This document shows, one piece after another, positions 10,118 to 21,200 of a DNA stretch of 64,000 nt. A program made the position numbers and the translations under genes. Below the pieces are notes generated by a model. The model was given only the letters and a program-made list of their open reading frames with translations, did no database searches and was not told where the DNA came from. The DNA comes from a virus: positions 17,992 through 81,991 of the IMG/VR virus record IMGVR_UViG_3300046534_001193; one strand, written 5' to 3'. The number at the start of each line of letters is the position of its first letter. Positions within the stretch are counted from its first letter, which is position 1.

Positions 10118-11308
10118 ATGTCATTATTCGCTGATACCGCCAATACCTCTTTAGCCTACGCCGTGGAGTCCACTTTTGACGTAGCTCCTACTGCGGGGTA
10201 TGCACTACTTAGAAATACCAGTGAGAGTTTTAACACCTCTATAGAGAGGGCCGACAGTGATGAAATTACCACTACTCGCCAGTATTCGGGCAGCAGCCAA
10301 GTATCCGGCTCTTCAGCTGGTTCTGTCGGTTTTCAATTGTCGTATGGTGAATACGACCCTTTTCTAGAAGCTGTTTTGCAGTCTTCTGGTTTTAGCACAG
10401 CTTACTCTGATACCGTTGTAGATATCTCTTCTAAGGTCTGCGAAGTAACTTCTACCGCCAATTTAAAAGTCGGTATGCTGGTTAAGCTAACAGGGCTTAC
10501 AGTATCTACTCAAGACGGTGTTTTTACTATTGGGGCAATCCCCGACGCCACTCATTTTACTGTAGTAGAAACCCTCACTGACGAAGGCAGTTCTACAGTA
10601 GCAGCCACTCACGGCGGTTCAGCTTTCAATGAGAAAACGGATCGCAGTTTTACTTTTGAGAAAAATTTAGCAGCAGACGGCGACGATCACTTTTTTATAT
10701 TCAGTGGTCAGAAAGCGTCATCTCTATCTTTAAGTATGACCACTGGTTCCATTATCAGTGGAGACATAGGTTTCATGGGTGCTACGCCAGCAGCCTCTGC
10801 AACGTCTAAAGACGGTGATGGATATACAGCTGCGTCCAGTAACCAGCTGATGAATTCAGTATCAAACGTAAGAGGCTTGTCTTTGCATTCAATTGCTTCC
10901 AATGGTACTGCCACTCTAATAACCGACACTACTTTTCAAGAGCTGTCTTTGTCAATTGATAACAACATGCGAGAGCAGCCAGGTATTGGTTCTTTGTTTT
11001 CCCAAGGTATTGGATCAGGACGATTTAAAGTAGAAGCTTCTGCTACCATGTATTTTACCAACCGAGAAGTTTACGATAAGTTCCTTTCAAACGGGTCAAT
11101 GCAATTGCGTTTTCAGGTTACTGACTCTAAAGACGTGTATGGCAACCGTTATGGTTTTGTTCTGCCGGAACTTAAAATAACCACTTACGAAGCGGCGGCG
11201 ACCGGAGCGGATACTGACATTATGGCTACAATTGGTTTTACTGGCCAAGCAGACACTTTATCAGGCACCGGCAGCAGCCTCATTATTACTCGCATACCTT
11301 CAGCTTAA
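10118..11308 (+). CDS. major tail tube protein with inserted beta domain
   Basis: LAYAVESTF start, SFTFEK, LSIDNN, GRFKVEASATMYF tube-like motifs; followed by terminator. Confidence 0.85.
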   Translation: MSLFADTANTSLAYAVESTFDVAPTAGYALLRNTSESFNTSIERADSDEITTTRQYSGSSQVSGSSAGSVGFQLSYGEYDPFLEAVLQSSGFSTAYSDTVVDISSKVCEVTSTANLKVGMLVKLTGLTVSTQDGVFTIGAIPDATHFTVVETLTDEGSSTVAATHGGSAFNEKTDRSFTFEKNLAADGDDHFFIFSGQKASSLSLSMTTGSIISGDIGFMGATPAASATSKDGDGYTAASSNQLMNSVSNVRGLSLHSIASNGTATLITDTTFQELSLSIDNNMREQPGIGSLFSQGIGSGRFKVEASATMYFTNREVYDKFLSNGSMQLRFQVTDSKDVYGNRYGFVLPELKITTYEAAATGADTDIMATIGFTGQADTLSGTGSSLIITRIPSA

Positions 11309-11326
11309 TCCTCCTCCCCTGGACTT

Positions 11327-11367
11327 CGCCGAGTTAAAAGCTTGTTCTTTTGCTCGGCGCTTTTTTG
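11327..11367 (+). terminator. rho-independent terminator
   Basis: cgccgag...ctcggcg stem followed by tttttt. Confidence 0.75.
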
Positions 11368-11377
11368 CCTGCACACT

Positions 11378-11422
11378 AAACAAAACGTCAATAAGTTGCT
11401 TGAACTTATTGACGTTTTGTTT
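11378..11422. repeat. perfect 20-bp inverted repeat overlapping promoter TTGAAC-17-TAGACT
   Basis: aaacaaaacgtcaataagtt-gcttg-aacttattgacgttttgttt. Confidence 0.9.
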
Positions 11423-11461
11423 TAGACTAATTTTTCAATACTACACCAGAGGATTTTAATT

Positions 11462-11863
11462 ATGGCATTTAATATGTCAAAAGATAAGCGCGACAGAGTT
11501 AGCGAACAAAAAGGTAGTTGGATGCCTTACGACGAAGACTGCGCGTTTCTTGTAGCTCGAAACAACAACAGTGACTACAGTAAATTTATTAGTAAGTGCC
11601 TCCGTGAAAACGCATCCAATAAAGGTGAGGATGAAGGCCGTCTTACTGATGAGCAGCTTTTAGAAGGCGCTTCAAATTTTATTTTGTTAGGATGGCGAGG
11701 TGTTGTTGACGGCAAAAAAGAAGTTCCTTATTCAGTTGAACTTGCTAAATCTTTGTTGGATGAACACGATGACTTGTATCGGGACGTGTCTGTTTATGCC
11801 ACCGAGCGTTCAAACTATCTTGTAAAGCGCGACAACAAAGACGCTAAAAACTTAAAAAAGTAA
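11462..11863 (+). CDS. tail assembly chaperone (gpG-like)
   Basis: ILLGWRGV motif; between tube and tape measure; ends in slippery A AAA AAG. Confidence 0.85.
   Translation: MAFNMSKDKRDRVSEQKGSWMPYDEDCAFLVARNNNSDYSKFISKCLRENASNKGEDEGRLTDEQLLEGASNFILLGWRGVVDGKKEVPYSVELAKSLLDEHDDLYRDVSVYATERSNYLVKRDNKDAKNLKK
11854..11860 (+). other. programmed -1 ribosomal frameshift site
   Basis: A AAA AAG before TAA; -1 frame reads VTEWLIQWGSPEK into ORF 11872-12222. Confidence 0.85.
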
Positions 11864-12222
11864 CCGAGTGGTTGATCCAATGGGGATCTCCTGAGAAGCA
11901 AAAACTACTCAAAGAGCACGAAGAGAACTGGGGTGTAAAGCCCCCAGCTCTTTTAAATAAGCCCGAGCTGTACTCTCAAAATGCAGTATACAACACGGCT
12001 TTTAATATCCTAGCTTCTGGACGCCAAAACACCGACAATGTTATAAACCCTATAACGTTTTTAGATGTTTTAGGTTACTGTGATTGCATTGAAGAGTTCG
12101 ATGGCTACGAACGCCTTAGATACTGGCAAATGGTAAACGCCTGTGACGTTGCTTGGATGGCTAAAGTCTTAGAGATGTCGTCTGTAAAGACCCAAACTAA
12201 AAAACCTAATATCCCTACATAG
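11860..12222 (+). CDS. tail assembly chaperone frameshift extension (gpT-like)
   Basis: No good RBS/ATG; in -1 frame of upstream gene; PITFLDVLGYC motif. Confidence 0.8.
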   Translation, partial: VTEWLIQWGSPEKQKLLKEHEENWGVKPPALLNKPELYSQNAVYNTAFNILASGRQNTDNVINPITFLDVLGYCDCIEEFDGYERLRYWQMVNACDVAWMAKVLEMSSVKTQTKKPNIPT

Positions 12223-12282
12223 CTAAGAGACGGCAAATGCCGTAAACTTAACGGCTAATTCTCCACCAAGAGTTAATTCCTC

Positions 12283-15200
12283 ATGGCTTTTGACATTAAT
12301 CTTAATACCCGCATTGCACGGGCGCAAGTTATAGGACTTAACAGGTCTATAGTCAATCTTGCCCGTGCAGCCGATAAATCTTCTGTCAAAATGCAAGCAG
12401 CTTTAGGTGGAGGTTTTGGCGGCACCGCGCAGCTCAAGGGTATTGAGACCGCAGTATATAGCGTTAAGAACAGCTTGATATCTATGGCTGCTTCACAGCG
12501 TATGACTGCCAATGCCGCTGTCTCTGGACAAACTCGGACACGTATTGCTGTTGAAGAGACTCTTTTGTCTACAGCCAAGGCTGCCACTGAGACAATAAAA
12601 GGTAAAAACTTAATTAGCAATGCCTACATAAAAGAAGGCGCTATAATAGAAGCCAGCAATAACGCAAAAAAATTGTCTGAGGCTAGAGTTCAAACTGAGC
12701 AAGCAAAAACTGCGGCTGAAACTATAAAAGGTAAAAACTTAACTACTGGGGCCTACATAAGAGAAGGCTCTATAATAGAAGCTAGCAATAACGCAAAAAG
12801 ATTGTCTGAGGCTAGAGTAGGGACCCAGGAGGCAAAAACTGCTACTGAAACTATAAAAGGTAAAAACTTAACTACTGGAGCCTACATAAAAGAAGGCGCT
12901 ATAATAGAAGCCAGCAATAACGCAAAAAGATTGTCTGAGGCTAGGGTGCAAACTCAGCAAGCAAAAACTGCTACTGAAACTGTCAGAGCTAAACGTATAG
13001 AGACAGCTGCAGCAGCAGCTAATGCTGCTGCAGCACAAGCCGCCGCCGCTAGGATAATAGCCGCTCAAAGAAGAACTGACGCCGCACTTTTGTCTAGTCA
13101 AACAAGATCTATGGCTGCCACTACAGTTGCCGGATTTAACAGCGCCAACCAAGGTGCGGCAGCTCTACGCTCTACCTTAGGCGCCCTAGGTGCCAGCTTT
13201 GGTATATTCTCAGCAAGCACTCTGCTTGTAGCGACTAGCACATTTATGCTGGTTAGAGCATTTAAAAGCACTGTCACTGTCGGCGCCGAACTTGAAAACT
13301 CTATGCAAAGAGTTTATGCGGTTACCGGATCTCTTGGCCAAATAGCAGGAGAAGTTACACCTGCAATGCAGATGCTTAGTTCTGCTGTTAGAGACGTTGC
13401 TAAAGGCACCATATTTACTTCTACAGAAGTTGCGCAAGGTGCGATCAGATTTGCCCAAGCAGGTTTTAGTGCGGCTAACACCGCTAGTGCTTTGAATGCT
13501 ACTGCCGCGCTTGCCACTATCGGTATGACTGATATGGGGCAAGCCGCCAATACGGTTACCAGCATACTTAACTCTTTTGGATTAGAGGCTACAGCACTGC
13601 AAGGTGTGGTCGATACGATGGCCGTAGCAGTAACAGGCTCTATGTTAAACATAACTCAGCTGAGCAGTGCCTTGAGCTACATAGGCCCCCTGGCTAAGGA
13701 GACCAACACCAGCTTTACAGAAACCGTTATCATACTCGAGCTTATGGCGGATGCAGGCGTGAAGGCGTCCAAAGCGGGTACGTCATTAAGACGCGGCATG
13801 GTCAACTTGCTAAACCCTACCAGTCGTCAGATGGGTGTTCTTAGAGAACTTAACGTTAGCACCAATAAAGCGTCAGGCGAAATGCGGTCAATGCTAGACA
13901 TAGCCAAAGACTTGGCTACCGAAGGTATTACCCCTGCCCAGCTTTCTCTGCTATTCGGAGCCCGAGCAGTTGCCGCATGGACCCAAGTTATTAATGAAGC
14001 CAATGGCAAAATGATAACTTTTATCGATGCACAAAAAGACATAGCAGGGACATCTTTGGTTCTGCGTAGACAGCTAGAGCAAAACTTGACCGATCAATTC
14101 AAGCTGCTAGTTTCCGCTGTACAAGAAGTTCAGCAAGTTCTTTTTGAACAGTTTGGACCTAGGCTGACTGAGTTAGTTGTGGGCTTTAAAGACTGGGTTA
14201 CCGAAATAGGTAATAGCAGGGAAGAGCTAGTTGCTATGGCAACTGCGGCTTATGACACTGCAAGGACTTTAGCTGCAGGAGGTGCAATAGTTGCAGCCGC
14301 CGCTTTTGCTTTCAGTAAATATAAACTAGCCGTAGGCACTGCCGCAGTAACTGCCGCCGTTGGCGGGCTTAATAAAGCACTGTTGGTTACAAAAATTCTT
14401 TTACTCGGAATTGTTAAGAATCCGATTATAGCCACTTTGTTGACAGCATCCGCTGTGTTTGCTTACTTCCGAAGGTCAGTCGAGGATTCCTCAGGCGCCA
14501 CTCAAGAGCAGATAGAGGCTACTAAAGAGCTAGTTCAATCTCAAAAAGATTTAGCTGATGCTTCTGAAAAAGCTGGGCTGGCAGTAACTCGTATAGGGTA
14601 TCTGGAAGCTGCCGAAGGTTTACGTTTAGCTACCCAAGCTACGGTAGCTAAAAAGAGGGCTGTCAATGATTTAGCCGAGGCTCAAGTGGTAGCCGCCAAT
14701 AAAGAGAGTAAAGCAATTGCTGACCTAACTGCTAGAGCTATGAGGGGTGGGATGCCTTTAGGCATGGTACAGCCTAGAGTATTTACGCCTGCTGACGACT
14801 TTGTTGTCACCCAGCAAACAGTCAGGCAGCAAGCCATCGCCGAAACTAACTTAGCCCTAGAGAAACAACTAGAGCTTACTTTCGGCGGGCGTGAAGCAAC
14901 ACTAGCTGGAAGAATGCAAAACCTTCAATCGGGCCGCCAAAGAAATCTTCCTAATGCTGCAAACGCACAACGTTTTCAGCAAATGGCTCAAGATTCGGTT
15001 CCCGACGGTGGAATGCCACAGCAAAGGGCAGCCAGAATCGCGGCCGAAGTTAACGCTCTAACTAAAGACGCCGCAAGCAATCTTATTTTGTTTGACCGTG
15101 AAATAAAGAAAGTTACAGAATCTACTTACAATTTGCGAGTAGAGAGAATGAAAGTTTCTGGTGTTTACTTAGACTCTCCAGAACAGCGGAAGGCCCACAC

Positions 15201-16596
15201 TAAAGCGATAGTAGCAGAAGAATTGGCACTAAAAACTTTGTTAGCCACTTTTAAAGTTAAACCGCCTGTCGACGTTATAAAAGGCACTGCTGAAGCTTTT
15301 AAATCCGCCACAGCAGATATAGAAGCCACGACTCAGGCAGCAATACTGACTCAGCAACACCTACAAAAGATGGGGCAGTCTACGCCTACAGAGACTTTGC
15401 TGGCTGGCATTGCTACGACTAGAGACGGTTTGCGTGAAATGAATGCCGAGTTTGAGAGTCAGCGCGAAATCTTGCTGGCTGCTCAAGCTGCAAAGCAGAA
15501 AATATTAGATACTGTAACAGTAGATCAGGGTAAAGCTGAGTCCACTACGGGTGCAAAGCTGCTCACAGACGCTAACGACGAAATTAATAAAATTAAAGCA
15601 GCTATAATCGAGCTAGAGCAGAAATCGACTGAACAGACTAACTCTTATAATCGGGACCTTTTATCTCAAATTAGGTCGGTCGATCAATTGGCTGATGCTA
15701 AAGCCAAAGCGGCTGCTGCAGATGCCGCAGCATCTGTCGACGAAAGCGCTAAACGCGAAGCCGAAAGGAAAAAAGGAGTTGCCAGTGCAGGAGGTAGCCT
15801 GCTAAACGATCTTTCTTCTCCATCTGCAAGGCTCCAAGCTGAGGAAGTAGAAAAACTTAAAATACTTGAACAATTTCGCGTATTAGAAATGCAGGCAGTT
15901 TCAGGCCAGCACAAGCAGGAGATGGCTATTGAAGCCGAGTTTTCTTCCTTAAAGTTGCAAATTAGACAGCAAACTTTAGATGCCCTAGCGGCAATAGAAA
16001 GCGAAGCTATAAACAAGTCCATTTCTGCTTACGAGGACGAGGCGAAGGCTAAAGAATCTATAGAGCTACGAAAAACTCGTGCTGCGTTAAACGGATTTTC
16101 TTCGCTCACTTCTGAAGGCGCTAAATCTAGCAGAAAGATGTTTGAGTTAAATAAAGCGATCAACGTGGCCAGCATCATAGCCGATACACCTGCAGCTATC
16201 TCTGGTGCGGCTAAATGGGGTTACTCTTTAGGCGGCACACCTGGGGGCATCGCGGCAGGTCTTGCAGCTGCAGCCAACCAAGCTGCATTGCTAAGGCAGG
16301 CTAGCTCGGCTTCTTTCGGCGCGTCTTCGTCAGTTTCTGCGCCTGCTACTGCCACTGCCGCCACACCTGAGACGCCAGAGATAGTCGTACCGCTCGCTAG
16401 CGACTCACTTGTAAACCAATCTACTTCAGCTAGATCTCAAGCGTCCGCACTTCAGCAGCGACCGCAAGGCGACGTAAACATAACTTTAAGCGCTAGTTCA
16501 GTTGATACAGAAGGCATGAGTGAACTCTTACTTAGGCAAGCACCGGTAATTGCGAGTATAGTAAGAGAATCTCAAGCAGAACAAGGTATCTCATAA
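12283..16596 (+). CDS. tape measure protein (TP901-type core)
   Basis: 1437 aa Ala-rich helical; TIFTSTEVAQG, AGVKASKAGTSLR, LFGARA motifs. Confidence 0.93.
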   Translation: MAFDINLNTRIARAQVIGLNRSIVNLARAADKSSVKMQAALGGGFGGTAQLKGIETAVYSVKNSLISMAASQRMTANAAVSGQTRTRIAVEETLLSTAKAATETIKGKNLISNAYIKEGAIIEASNNAKKLSEARVQTEQAKTAAETIKGKNLTTGAYIREGSIIEASNNAKRLSEARVGTQEAKTATETIKGKNLTTGAYIKEGAIIEASNNAKRLSEARVQTQQAKTATETVRAKRIETAAAAANAAAAQAAAARIIAAQRRTDAALLSSQTRSMAATTVAGFNSANQGAAALRSTLGALGASFGIFSASTLLVATSTFMLVRAFKSTVTVGAELENSMQRVYAVTGSLGQIAGEVTPAMQMLSSAVRDVAKGTIFTSTEVAQGAIRFAQAGFSAANTASALNATAALATIGMTDMGQAANTVTSILNSFGLEATALQGVVDTMAVAVTGSMLNITQLSSALSYIGPLAKETNTSFTETVIILELMADAGVKASKAGTSLRRGMVNLLNPTSRQMGVLRELNVSTNKASGEMRSMLDIAKDLATEGITPAQLSLLFGARAVAAWTQVINEANGKMITFIDAQKDIAGTSLVLRRQLEQNLTDQFKLLVSAVQEVQQVLFEQFGPRLTELVVGFKDWVTEIGNSREELVAMATAAYDTARTLAAGGAIVAAAAFAFSKYKLAVGTAAVTAAVGGLNKALLVTKILLLGIVKNPIIATLLTASAVFAYFRRSVEDSSGATQEQIEATKELVQSQKDLADASEKAGLAVTRIGYLEAAEGLRLATQATVAKKRAVNDLAEAQVVAANKESKAIADLTARAMRGGMPLGMVQPRVFTPADDFVVTQQTVRQQAIAETNLALEKQLELTFGGREATLAGRMQNLQSGRQRNLPNAANAQRFQQMAQDSVPDGGMPQQRAARIAAEVNALTKDAASNLILFDREIKKVTESTYNLRVERMKVSGVYLDSPEQRKAHTKAIVAEELALKTLLATFKVKPPVDVIKGTAEAFKSATADIEATTQAAILTQQHLQKMGQSTPTETLLAGIATTRDGLREMNAEFESQREILLAAQAAKQKILDTVTVDQGKAESTTGAKLLTDANDEINKIKAAIIELEQKSTEQTNSYNRDLLSQIRSVDQLADAKAKAAAADAAASVDESAKREAERKKGVASAGGSLLNDLSSPSARLQAEEVEKLKILEQFRVLEMQAVSGQHKQEMAIEAEFSSLKLQIRQQTLDALAAIESEAINKSISAYEDEAKAKESIELRKTRAALNGFSSLTSEGAKSSRKMFELNKAINVASIIADTPAAISGAAKWGYSLGGTPGGIAAGLAAAANQAALLRQASSASFGASSSVSAPATATAATPETPEIVVPLASDSLVNQSTSARSQASALQQRPQGDVNITLSASSVDTEGMSELLLRQAPVIASIVRESQAEQGIS
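12580..12981 (+). repeat. three tandem 129-bp (43-aa) repeats in tape measure
   Basis: ataaaaggtaaaaact at 12595, 12724, 12853; ETIKGKNL..AYIKEGAIIEASNNAK.LSEARV. Confidence 0.92.
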
Positions 16597-16598
16597 CC

Positions 16599-17198
16599 AT
16601 GTCTGGAACTTTCCCAACTAGTCCCATACCTACAGCAGTCGAGGTGACCTCAGCGTCACCTACGCTTTTGGATATGACTCACTCAGGTCGACGTAACGTT
16701 AGACAGCTGGGCGCTCAAAAGTGGGCGCTAGATTGCTCTTTCCCTAGCACTATGAGCCGTGCCCAGTTCATGCCGTTGTTTGCCTTCGCGCTTAGCCAAG
16801 CAGGGCGGTTTGGAACTTTTTCTTTTGTGTCTCCTGACTTGGCTACGCCCCAAGGGGGCGCTGGCGGAACACCTCGAGTAGCCGGAGCAAGCCAAACCGG
16901 CACTAGTGTAACCACCGACGGCTGGACTCCTAGCACTAATGTTTTAAAAGCCGGTGACATATTAAAATACTCCGGTCACAACAAAGTTTATATGGTGACA
17001 GCAGATGCAGATGCAGACGGATCAGGTGACGCCACTTTAGTCCATTACCCGCCACTGATGGCAGCTATCGCAAACGACGAACTTATAACTGTTATAGACG
17101 TCCCGTTTACTGTTCAGCTTTCAGAAGACGTTTCTAAATATACGGTCACAGGGCCTTTGCTTTATAATTTTAAAATGTCAATGCTGGAAGTCGTCTAA
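16599..17198 (+). CDS. distal tail protein (Dit)
   Basis: Follows TMP; AGRFGTF, LKAGD...HNKVYMVT motifs. Confidence 0.75.
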   Translation: MSGTFPTSPIPTAVEVTSASPTLLDMTHSGRRNVRQLGAQKWALDCSFPSTMSRAQFMPLFAFALSQAGRFGTFSFVSPDLATPQGGAGGTPRVAGASQTGTSVTTDGWTPSTNVLKAGDILKYSGHNKVYMVTADADADGSGDATLVHYPPLMAAIANDELITVIDVPFTVQLSEDVSKYTVTGPLLYNFKMSMLEVV

Positions 17199-17839
17199 TG
17201 CCTAGAAAACTGGAATCTGAATCGATAACCGAGTTAGACAAAGACGGCCAATATGTTTTTCACATGGTCGAAATAATACTGGATGACGAAACACTTAGAT
17301 ATACCAATTCACATTCCGAAGTCTCGTATGAGAGTGAAACGTACACACCGTCTGGCAACCTGATAAGTTTTGGCGACGTTACTGAGACTGAGGCTTTAGT
17401 ATTAAACTCGATGGTCTTTAAACTGTCGGGCGTAGACTTGACGCTCTTTGCTCTAACCTTGCAGCAAGACATTGTGAATCGGAAAATAAACCTGTATCAA
17501 GGTCTTATCGATCCTGACACTTACGTAATTGTGCCGTCTCCAATTCGCGTCTATAGCGGCAAAGTTAAATCGATTAGTCTCCAAGAATCGCCTGGCGATA
17601 AGAGCGTGCTAACAGTCAACACTGCGTCAGTCTTGTCGGACTTTGATAAGACTACAGGCCGCAGGGCCAACTCCCAAGATCAAGAAATGTATTTAATTAT
17701 AAAAGGTCAGACAGATGCTGCCGATGCAGTCAGTCGCGGGATGGGTACTTTGGCAGGCGACGTCTTTACTCCAACTGTGGACAAAGGGTTTGACGAAGCC
17801 CACAAAAGCAACGTAGACGTTAAATGGGGCAGAGCTTAG
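17198..17839 (+). CDS. tail tip / hub protein
   Basis: LRYTN, DKGF...VKWGR C-terminus typical of siphovirus hub proteins. Confidence 0.7.
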   Translation: MPRKLESESITELDKDGQYVFHMVEIILDDETLRYTNSHSEVSYESETYTPSGNLISFGDVTETEALVLNSMVFKLSGVDLTLFALTLQQDIVNRKINLYQGLIDPDTYVIVPSPIRVYSGKVKSISLQESPGDKSVLTVNTASVLSDFDKTTGRRANSQDQEMYLIIKGQTDAADAVSRGMGTLAGDVFTPTVDKGFDEAHKSNVDVKWGRA

Positions 17840-17841
17840 CC

Positions 17842-18261
17842 GTGCTAAGATTTCAAACCATAACACCTAAATGTGCCAGTAGGCTGTATAAAGATCCGTC
17901 TATGTTTAACAAGATAGCGGCGGATAATTACGCTACTTTAGAAGGCTTAGAAATGCCTAGGGCTGAGTACGTAGGATTTTATTACGGAAGAGCCCTAGCT
18001 GCTATTTTGGTGCTTACAGCTTACAAAGATGGTTACTTAGGGCACGCACAAATACTGCCACAGTACCGGATGAAATTTATAGGATTTGGCAGGGCCTATT
18101 TAGAATCTAAAGCTTTCCGCATTTATGCCACTATCCCAAATAAATATAGAAGCTATCAAAAAATATGTAAAAGGTTAGGCTTTACTAAAGTTTCTGACTT
18201 GCCTAAAATGTATTTAAAAGAAGGCGTTATTTACGATGGAGAAGAACTTGTTCACGGGTAA
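17842..18261 (+). CDS. GNAT-fold-like protein (P22 gp14/DUF2824-like)
   Basis: GHAQILPQYR, KRLGF motifs typical of GNAT; GTG start right after hub stop. Confidence 0.55.
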   Translation: MLRFQTITPKCASRLYKDPSMFNKIAADNYATLEGLEMPRAEYVGFYYGRALAAILVLTAYKDGYLGHAQILPQYRMKFIGFGRAYLESKAFRIYATIPNKYRSYQKICKRLGFTKVSDLPKMYLKEGVIYDGEELVHG

Positions 18262-18267
18262 ATCGAT

Positions 18268-21200
18268 ATGTTAGGACTAATAGCTTTAGGTGGCTACGCG
18301 GGCGCAACGGCAGCTGTAGGATTAGGTGCTTTGACATTTGGTGCTGTAGCAGGAGCCTTGCTTGGTGCTGCCTTCGTCGTGAGCTTTGTAGACCTTATAA
18401 CGCCAGAAGCCGAAGCTGAAATAAAAGGCGTACTGACTACCCGAAAAGGCGCAGTCCAACCATTGCAAGTGATTTACGGCAGAAGGGAAGTGGCGGGCGG
18501 TCAAATATTTTTAGCTTCTTCTGATAGAGAAATCGCTGCAGATCCTCCTGTTTATGAAATTAGGACAGTAATCCGAGAGGGTGGAGATAGCGTCAGCCAA
18601 GAAAGCGTCAATGTGTTCGCTGGCACCGCAGCCTACACTTTACCCAATGCTTTCCGGTGGGTAGTCTACCAATTAGCTGATGGCGATGTGCCGATCGAAG
18701 GCCTTGAAAGCATATACATCAACGACGAATTGCTAGTAGGTTCCAAATATGAAGATTGGGTAAGTTACCGCTTCACTGACGGCAGCCATACCAGCCAACC
18801 TTTCACCGACCTAGCTGCCGCCGTGCCAGGGTGGACATCTGACCACCTAATATTAGGCACGGTTGGTATAGCCATAAGAATGGAATGGAATAAAGACATA
18901 TTTGAAGGTGTGCCTAAGTTCACTTTTGTTTTGAAGGGGACTAAGCTGTTGGACTTGGACGCGCTACCTACGCAGACCAGACGCTATTCAAACAATCCTG
19001 CTGAAGCTCAATTTGACTATTTAATAAATCCTATTTACGGCAAAGGTCTTAGCCCTGTAGACGGTGTAGACCTAAGCGTGGCTTCATTTATAGCTGCGAG
19101 AGATTACGCCAACGATCCTGTTATTGCTTATTCAGGCGGGCCCCAGCACACTCGCATGTCGTCCAATGCAGTTCTGACCGCAGGGTCGACAGTTATGGAC
19201 AACATGCGACAGCTTCTAGTCGGCTGCCGAGGTACTTTGCCTTATATCAACGGCGTATTTAACTTAATGATTGAGCGCGACTACGCTTTTACCGAATACA
19301 AAGATGGCGAAGGCGCAGATTATTCAGAATTTTTTGATTTCAATGAAGATAACATTATCGGTAGTTGGAAAATAAAAGCTGGTGACATTGCTACTCGGTA
19401 TAACCAAGTCAAAGTTATTTTTCCTAATGAAGCGAAGCACTTTGAATCTGATTTTGTCACAGTTTACTCCAACACGTTTAGAGCCGAAGACGGCAGGCTC
19501 TTAGAGAAGACGTTTACATTGACAGGCGTAACCAATGCTTACCAAGCTACGGATACCGCCAATGTCATAATGCGTAAATCTCGACAGCAAATAGACGCCT
19601 CGTTTATGTCAACTCCGCGAGCTAGAAATGTAACTGCAGGTGAGATTGTAACTATCACTCACGCCACGCCTAGTTGGAGCCTAAAGAAGTTCCGGGTATC
19701 TAGTATTGTGCTACTCGCAACAGGGAATTGCAGCGTTACCGTGGCCGAGCACGAGCCGACGGTATACGATTTAACGGTGCCTAATGAGATAGCAACTAGT
19801 CCAGACACTGATTTTCCAGACCCGACTATAGTGGCCAGCTTAGCTGCGCCTACTCTAGTCAGTGACGAGACGGTATTAAAGACAGGCAAAGACGGAACTT
19901 TGACTCCACAACTTAAAATAACTTGGGTAGCGCCGATCGATCCTTTTGTTGTGGGATATGACGTCCAAATAAAAGACATGTCTTCGACAGATTTGGTTTG
20001 GCAAACTGTCGCCTCACCCAACTCGATAGACTCTGTAACTGTAACCATATCCGGCGTAGAAGAAGGCATTGCTTACGATGTTCGTGTTCGGGCTAGAAAC
20101 TCAGGTGGATGGGTCGGAGCGTGGGCCACAACTGAAAATCATACAATTATAGGGCAAACTTCTTTGCCGAGTAACGTCCCTAATTTCTATATCAGTGGCA
20201 GTATTCTGTCTTGGGAAGCCATCACAGACTCAGACAGAGCAGGCTACGTAATCAGGTTCCAGCCAGGTGTTAATCGATCGTGGGGAGACGCTAACCCAGC
20301 TCACGATGGCATTGTTACTGAGTCACCTCACGATTTGTCCATAGATATTTTTGGTCAAAATACACTTATGATTAAGGCAGTTGATCGAACTGGCAACTAC
20401 AGCGAGACGCCTGCGAGCATTATTACCGACTTCGGCAATCCCCTTATTAGCAACGTGTTTGAAGAAGTTGATGATCACGCACTAGGCTTTACGGGAACAA
20501 TAACAGGAGCTGCCGTAGTGTCTGGCGATCTTAAAGCAGACAGTCAAACACCTGTAATCTGGGGTAATGCTTTATCCAATATGTACACTAGCAGCTCTGC
20601 GGCTATGTATGTGGCTGTTCAATACGCTAAGCTGACTTACCTAAGAACTATTACGCCTTCTTTCTCGGCTAGCGGCAACGACTTAGTGATAGAGTCGACT
20701 ATCGCAGGCACCAACTCACAGATTACTTACAGGCCTGAGGCACCAGATTTGATGTGGGAAAGTCTAGATACTCAGCCGATGTGGCAAGATGAGCCTATCA
20801 GCATAGTTGTGAATGGTGATTTTGCTATTGACCATGGTTGGACTCAGCAGAGCGGTTGGACTATTGCAGATGGAAAAGCAAGCAGGAGCAGTGGCGAGTC
20901 TAGTAACACTAGCATTCAACAAACAATAAACATAGTCTCAGGAACTGCTTATACAGTTAGCTATGACAGAACTTATATTTCAGGCAACGGCCAAACACTT
21001 TTTTTCTCTGAATTCTTGACTGATGGTTCATCTTCTACATTGGCACCATATACCAGCACCACCCAAGAGACAGTTACAGTGACTGGAACTTTTACGCCTA
21101 CTTACTCTGGGGCTATGGTTTTAAAATTGTTTGGGATTGGGGATTTCGAGGGCTCAGTAGACAATGTAGTAGTTAAGACGGCTACAGGCAGCACGATAGT

